Shown: piece after piece, positions 60,935-63,598 of the stretch | Position numbering within the stretch: position 1 is the first letter of the stretch | How the letters are laid out: each line of letters opens with the position of its first letter | Origin: Octopus bimaculoides | Lineage: Eukaryota | DNA: 63,598 nt | NCBI RefSeq assembly: GCF_001194135.2 | Contig: NC_068981.1 | Location: 148,981,561 to 149,045,158, forward strand | Direction: 5' to 3' | The notes under the pieces: generated by a model | What the model saw: the letters and a program-made list of their open reading frames with translations, nothing else | Database searches by the model: none | What the model was told of the DNA's origin: nothing | Translations under genes and position numbers: made by a program

Positions 60935-61457
60935 TTTTGGTAGGTTGGTGGTGATGATGGTGGTGTCATCAACTAAAATTTGTTTTACAAATTCAAAATA
61001 TTACGAATTCGAGTTTTGTCACACCTGAACGGAAAGATTAACAGAGCGAGATTATTAAAAGAGGAAACGGTTTAAACCTAATCCCATCACTAATCAAAGT
61101 GCTGGATTACCTTGTAACGAGAAACCGTTCATAATCCAACATAGGAAATGGAAGTATGAGACATTTTAATTAAGTTCTGTGTAATGACGTAATCAGCGCG
61201 AAAAACATTCTCAAGGCGCCTTCTTTAGCAGTGAGGGAATTAGAGATGTGAATCTTAGATACAGGAATATATTCGGGTTTTATGCAGTAAATATGGTGCT
61301 TAAGTGTGTGTGTGCGTGTGTGTGTGTGTGTGTGTATGAGAAAGAGAGATATATACAGAGAAAGAAAGAAAGAAAAAAGAAAGTGAAAGAGAAAGAAAAA
61401 GAGAGAGAGAGAGAAAGAAAGAGAAAGAGAAAGAGAGAGAGAAAGAAAGAGAGTGAG

Positions 61458-61519
<62 letters not shown>

Positions 61520-61719
61520 CAAATAGAAGAGAAGTGAAGAAGAAATTGAGAGAAAAAGGTGAATGAGCGAGTGAGCAAAAATGTCAGAGAAATCGACGGA
61601 GAGAGGAAGAGAGGAGGAAGAGTGAAAGAAAGAAAGAAAGAGAAAGAGAGAGAAAGAAAGAGAGAAAGAGAGAGAAGGGGCGTGAGCCCCAGCAAACCAA
61701 CCAGTCAACTAACGAGTTA

Positions 61720-62250
61720 ACCAACGAACAAAGCTAAACATGTTAGTGGTGAATCGGGTGGCACGTAGAGTCCAGTTATTGCTAAATCATTAGATTTGTT
61801 GTACACATATAATGATTCACAATAGCCATTGAAGAATGAGGCGTTTGTATCTTCGGCAAATGAATCTTGTAGGAAAATGGTAACTCTCCCCTTCCTTTTG
61901 CCGGTGCGGTCCGCGTAAATGGTGGTAAATTTCCACACTTTTACTTTAGCTTCCAAGTAGGATTTATCAAGGTGGGCTTCAGTGAGGACGAAGAAAAAAA
62001 TGTGGTGAGAGTAGTCGGCAACCTAATCTTCAACGAAGTGAATAAGTAATAATAATAATAAGGTCCCTGATTATCACTCCCATAGCTTTAACAATCGTCC
62101 GGATACTGTTACTATCATTTATAATAACATCAACCCTAGTAACAATTGCATTAGGACTATGCCTCACCATTTCATAAACGCAGGACAAACCTGATAGAAG
62201 CATAACTGAATATCTGGATGTAATGGAGTATGTAAAGGCTACTAACAACT
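61720..62250 (-). mobile_element. LINE (CR1/L2/Jockey-group) APE endonuclease relic with probable ORF1 end
   Basis: FVLTEAHLDK..KFTTIYADRTGKRKGRV.IF..ITGLYVPPDS matches endonuclease ITETHL, R.DR..RKGGGV and YRPP motifs. Confidence 0.75.
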
Positions 62251-63280
62251 TATTCTGCTGTGAATCCCTCTGTATATTATACGAAAATAAGTTCTTCCTC
62301 CTTAATTGTTTTTTCTGTTGACATCACAAAAGTTTCTCTCATTACCATAAATCTCTATGTTCCGACTAAACAAATTAGATCTTCCTTTCAGCCTTACCTT
62401 TCACTACAATACTGCTTCAGTGTACATCTAAAATTTGCTATACTTAGAATTTTCTTGTCTTTAGCACCTATTCATCAGTCTAGCACCCCTTCTATCTCTC
62501 CAATCAACGCACTATTACATCACCTGCCTTCTTCTCAAATTTTACTAACCTTTGTTACTGACATACTTTAAAAATAGTGTCATTATAATTTATGTTTATT
62601 GTTTATTCCCTATTTCTTGTGACTGATTTGTGGTATACTGAGGGTTTACTTGCTCTGTATTGATTGTCCATTACATTTTTCTCGTTGATACCGGCTTCCC
62701 TTTAGTTTAGTTTCCCTCAGCAGTTTTATCCGTCTCCCATTTTTCTATAATTCTTCGTACTTCAATACCCTCTCTACATTTCTTGTCTCTCTTTTCCAAT
62801 TGAACTTATATGTATTTATAATCACTATTCTTTACTAAGCTATTTGCCCGTGTCTTCTGACGAGGAAAATATGATTCTGCATAAGGAGACACTTAAAATC
62901 TGTGGCAGTCCATACACTCACAGTATTAATGGACCTCATTAAATAATATACAAGGTTACGCATTAGTCATTGTATATCGCAAACAATTTGAACTGTTAGC
63001 TGAACGGTGTGGCTCTATCACACGTAGATCATACAATCATAAAATATCGGTAGATTCGTAATTACCATTCTTTTGGCAAACGTATTTCACGGGTGTATAG
63101 CATCCTCCTTGCGAAAGAGTTTTGAAATAGCTTAAATATTGGCATACTCAGCTATGAAGTGAATTTTCCGTTAAGCTGGTGATATATACTTCACTGTTGT
63201 ATCAGCAGTATTGGCCAGATAAACGGTATGGTTACTCAAGCAATATCTATCTATCTAGCTATCTATCTAGCTATCTATCT

Positions 63281-63598
63281 GTCGGGATAAGCTCTACAGG
63301 CATGGCTCGAGAAACACGGGGCCGACCTGTCCGAGATGCCGGCAGAGCGACGAAACCGTTCTGCACGCACTCGTACAATGTCCCACCATTTCCGAGCAGT
63401 GGGCTTACGTCGAACAACTGCTATCGCGTGTGGGACGAGTCGGTCTATCAGCCGAGTCTATCGTGAATATTGTCGCGCCTCCTTCCTTTAAACGGGAAGG
63501 AAGAGCTATTTTCATCGTACTTGTGGCTATGGCGAAAGAATGTGTATGGTGGACGCGTCTGAAAGGTCTAGAGACAAAGACTTTCCTCTCTGGGCAAT
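63281..63598 (+). mobile_element. 5'-truncated Tx1/L1-group LINE ORF2 C-terminus (zinc-knuckle region), frame intact, runs off the window
   Basis: 63283-63597 is open without stops: RDKLYRHGSRNTGPTCPRCRQSDETVLHALVQCPTISEQWAYVEQLLSRV...AMAKECVWWTRLKGLE; CpG-rich; begins directly after a (TATC/TAGC)n tract. Confidence 0.85.

Overview
AT-rich, microsatellite-saturated animal genomic DNA with 13 assembly gaps. The SINE families suggest a cephalopod, most likely Octopus (inferred, not verified). The only confidently identified host coding sequence is one 147-nt minus-strand exon of the SKI2/SKIV2L RNA helicase (2906-3052), which appears to use a GC donor. No other SKI2 exon is recognisable, so the rest is probably a very long intron or intergenic DNA with exons lost in gaps. 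The window is largely decayed mobile DNA: a 5'-truncated Ty3/Gypsy element with its 3' LTR, a Merlin/IS1595-like transposon with TIRs, mariner/Tc1 relics, Helitron helicase, Penelope RT and GIY-YIG fragments, a LINE endonuclease, an intact-frame Tx1/L1 3' fragment inserted in a (TATC)n tract, three tRNA-SINE families, a 5S-derived relic and several foldback elements. Best second-look signals: four hammerhead-ribozyme motifs from three Penelope-associated repeat families, including a shared CUGU core variant; a 59-bp piece of the Merlin transposase copied into a SINE 1.4 kb away; and orphan exons with strong splice signals. I see no evidence for a wholly new multi-gene system. Nearly all long ORFs in the track are microsatellite or gap artefacts. 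All alignments and folds were done by eye, and element boundaries are approximate.
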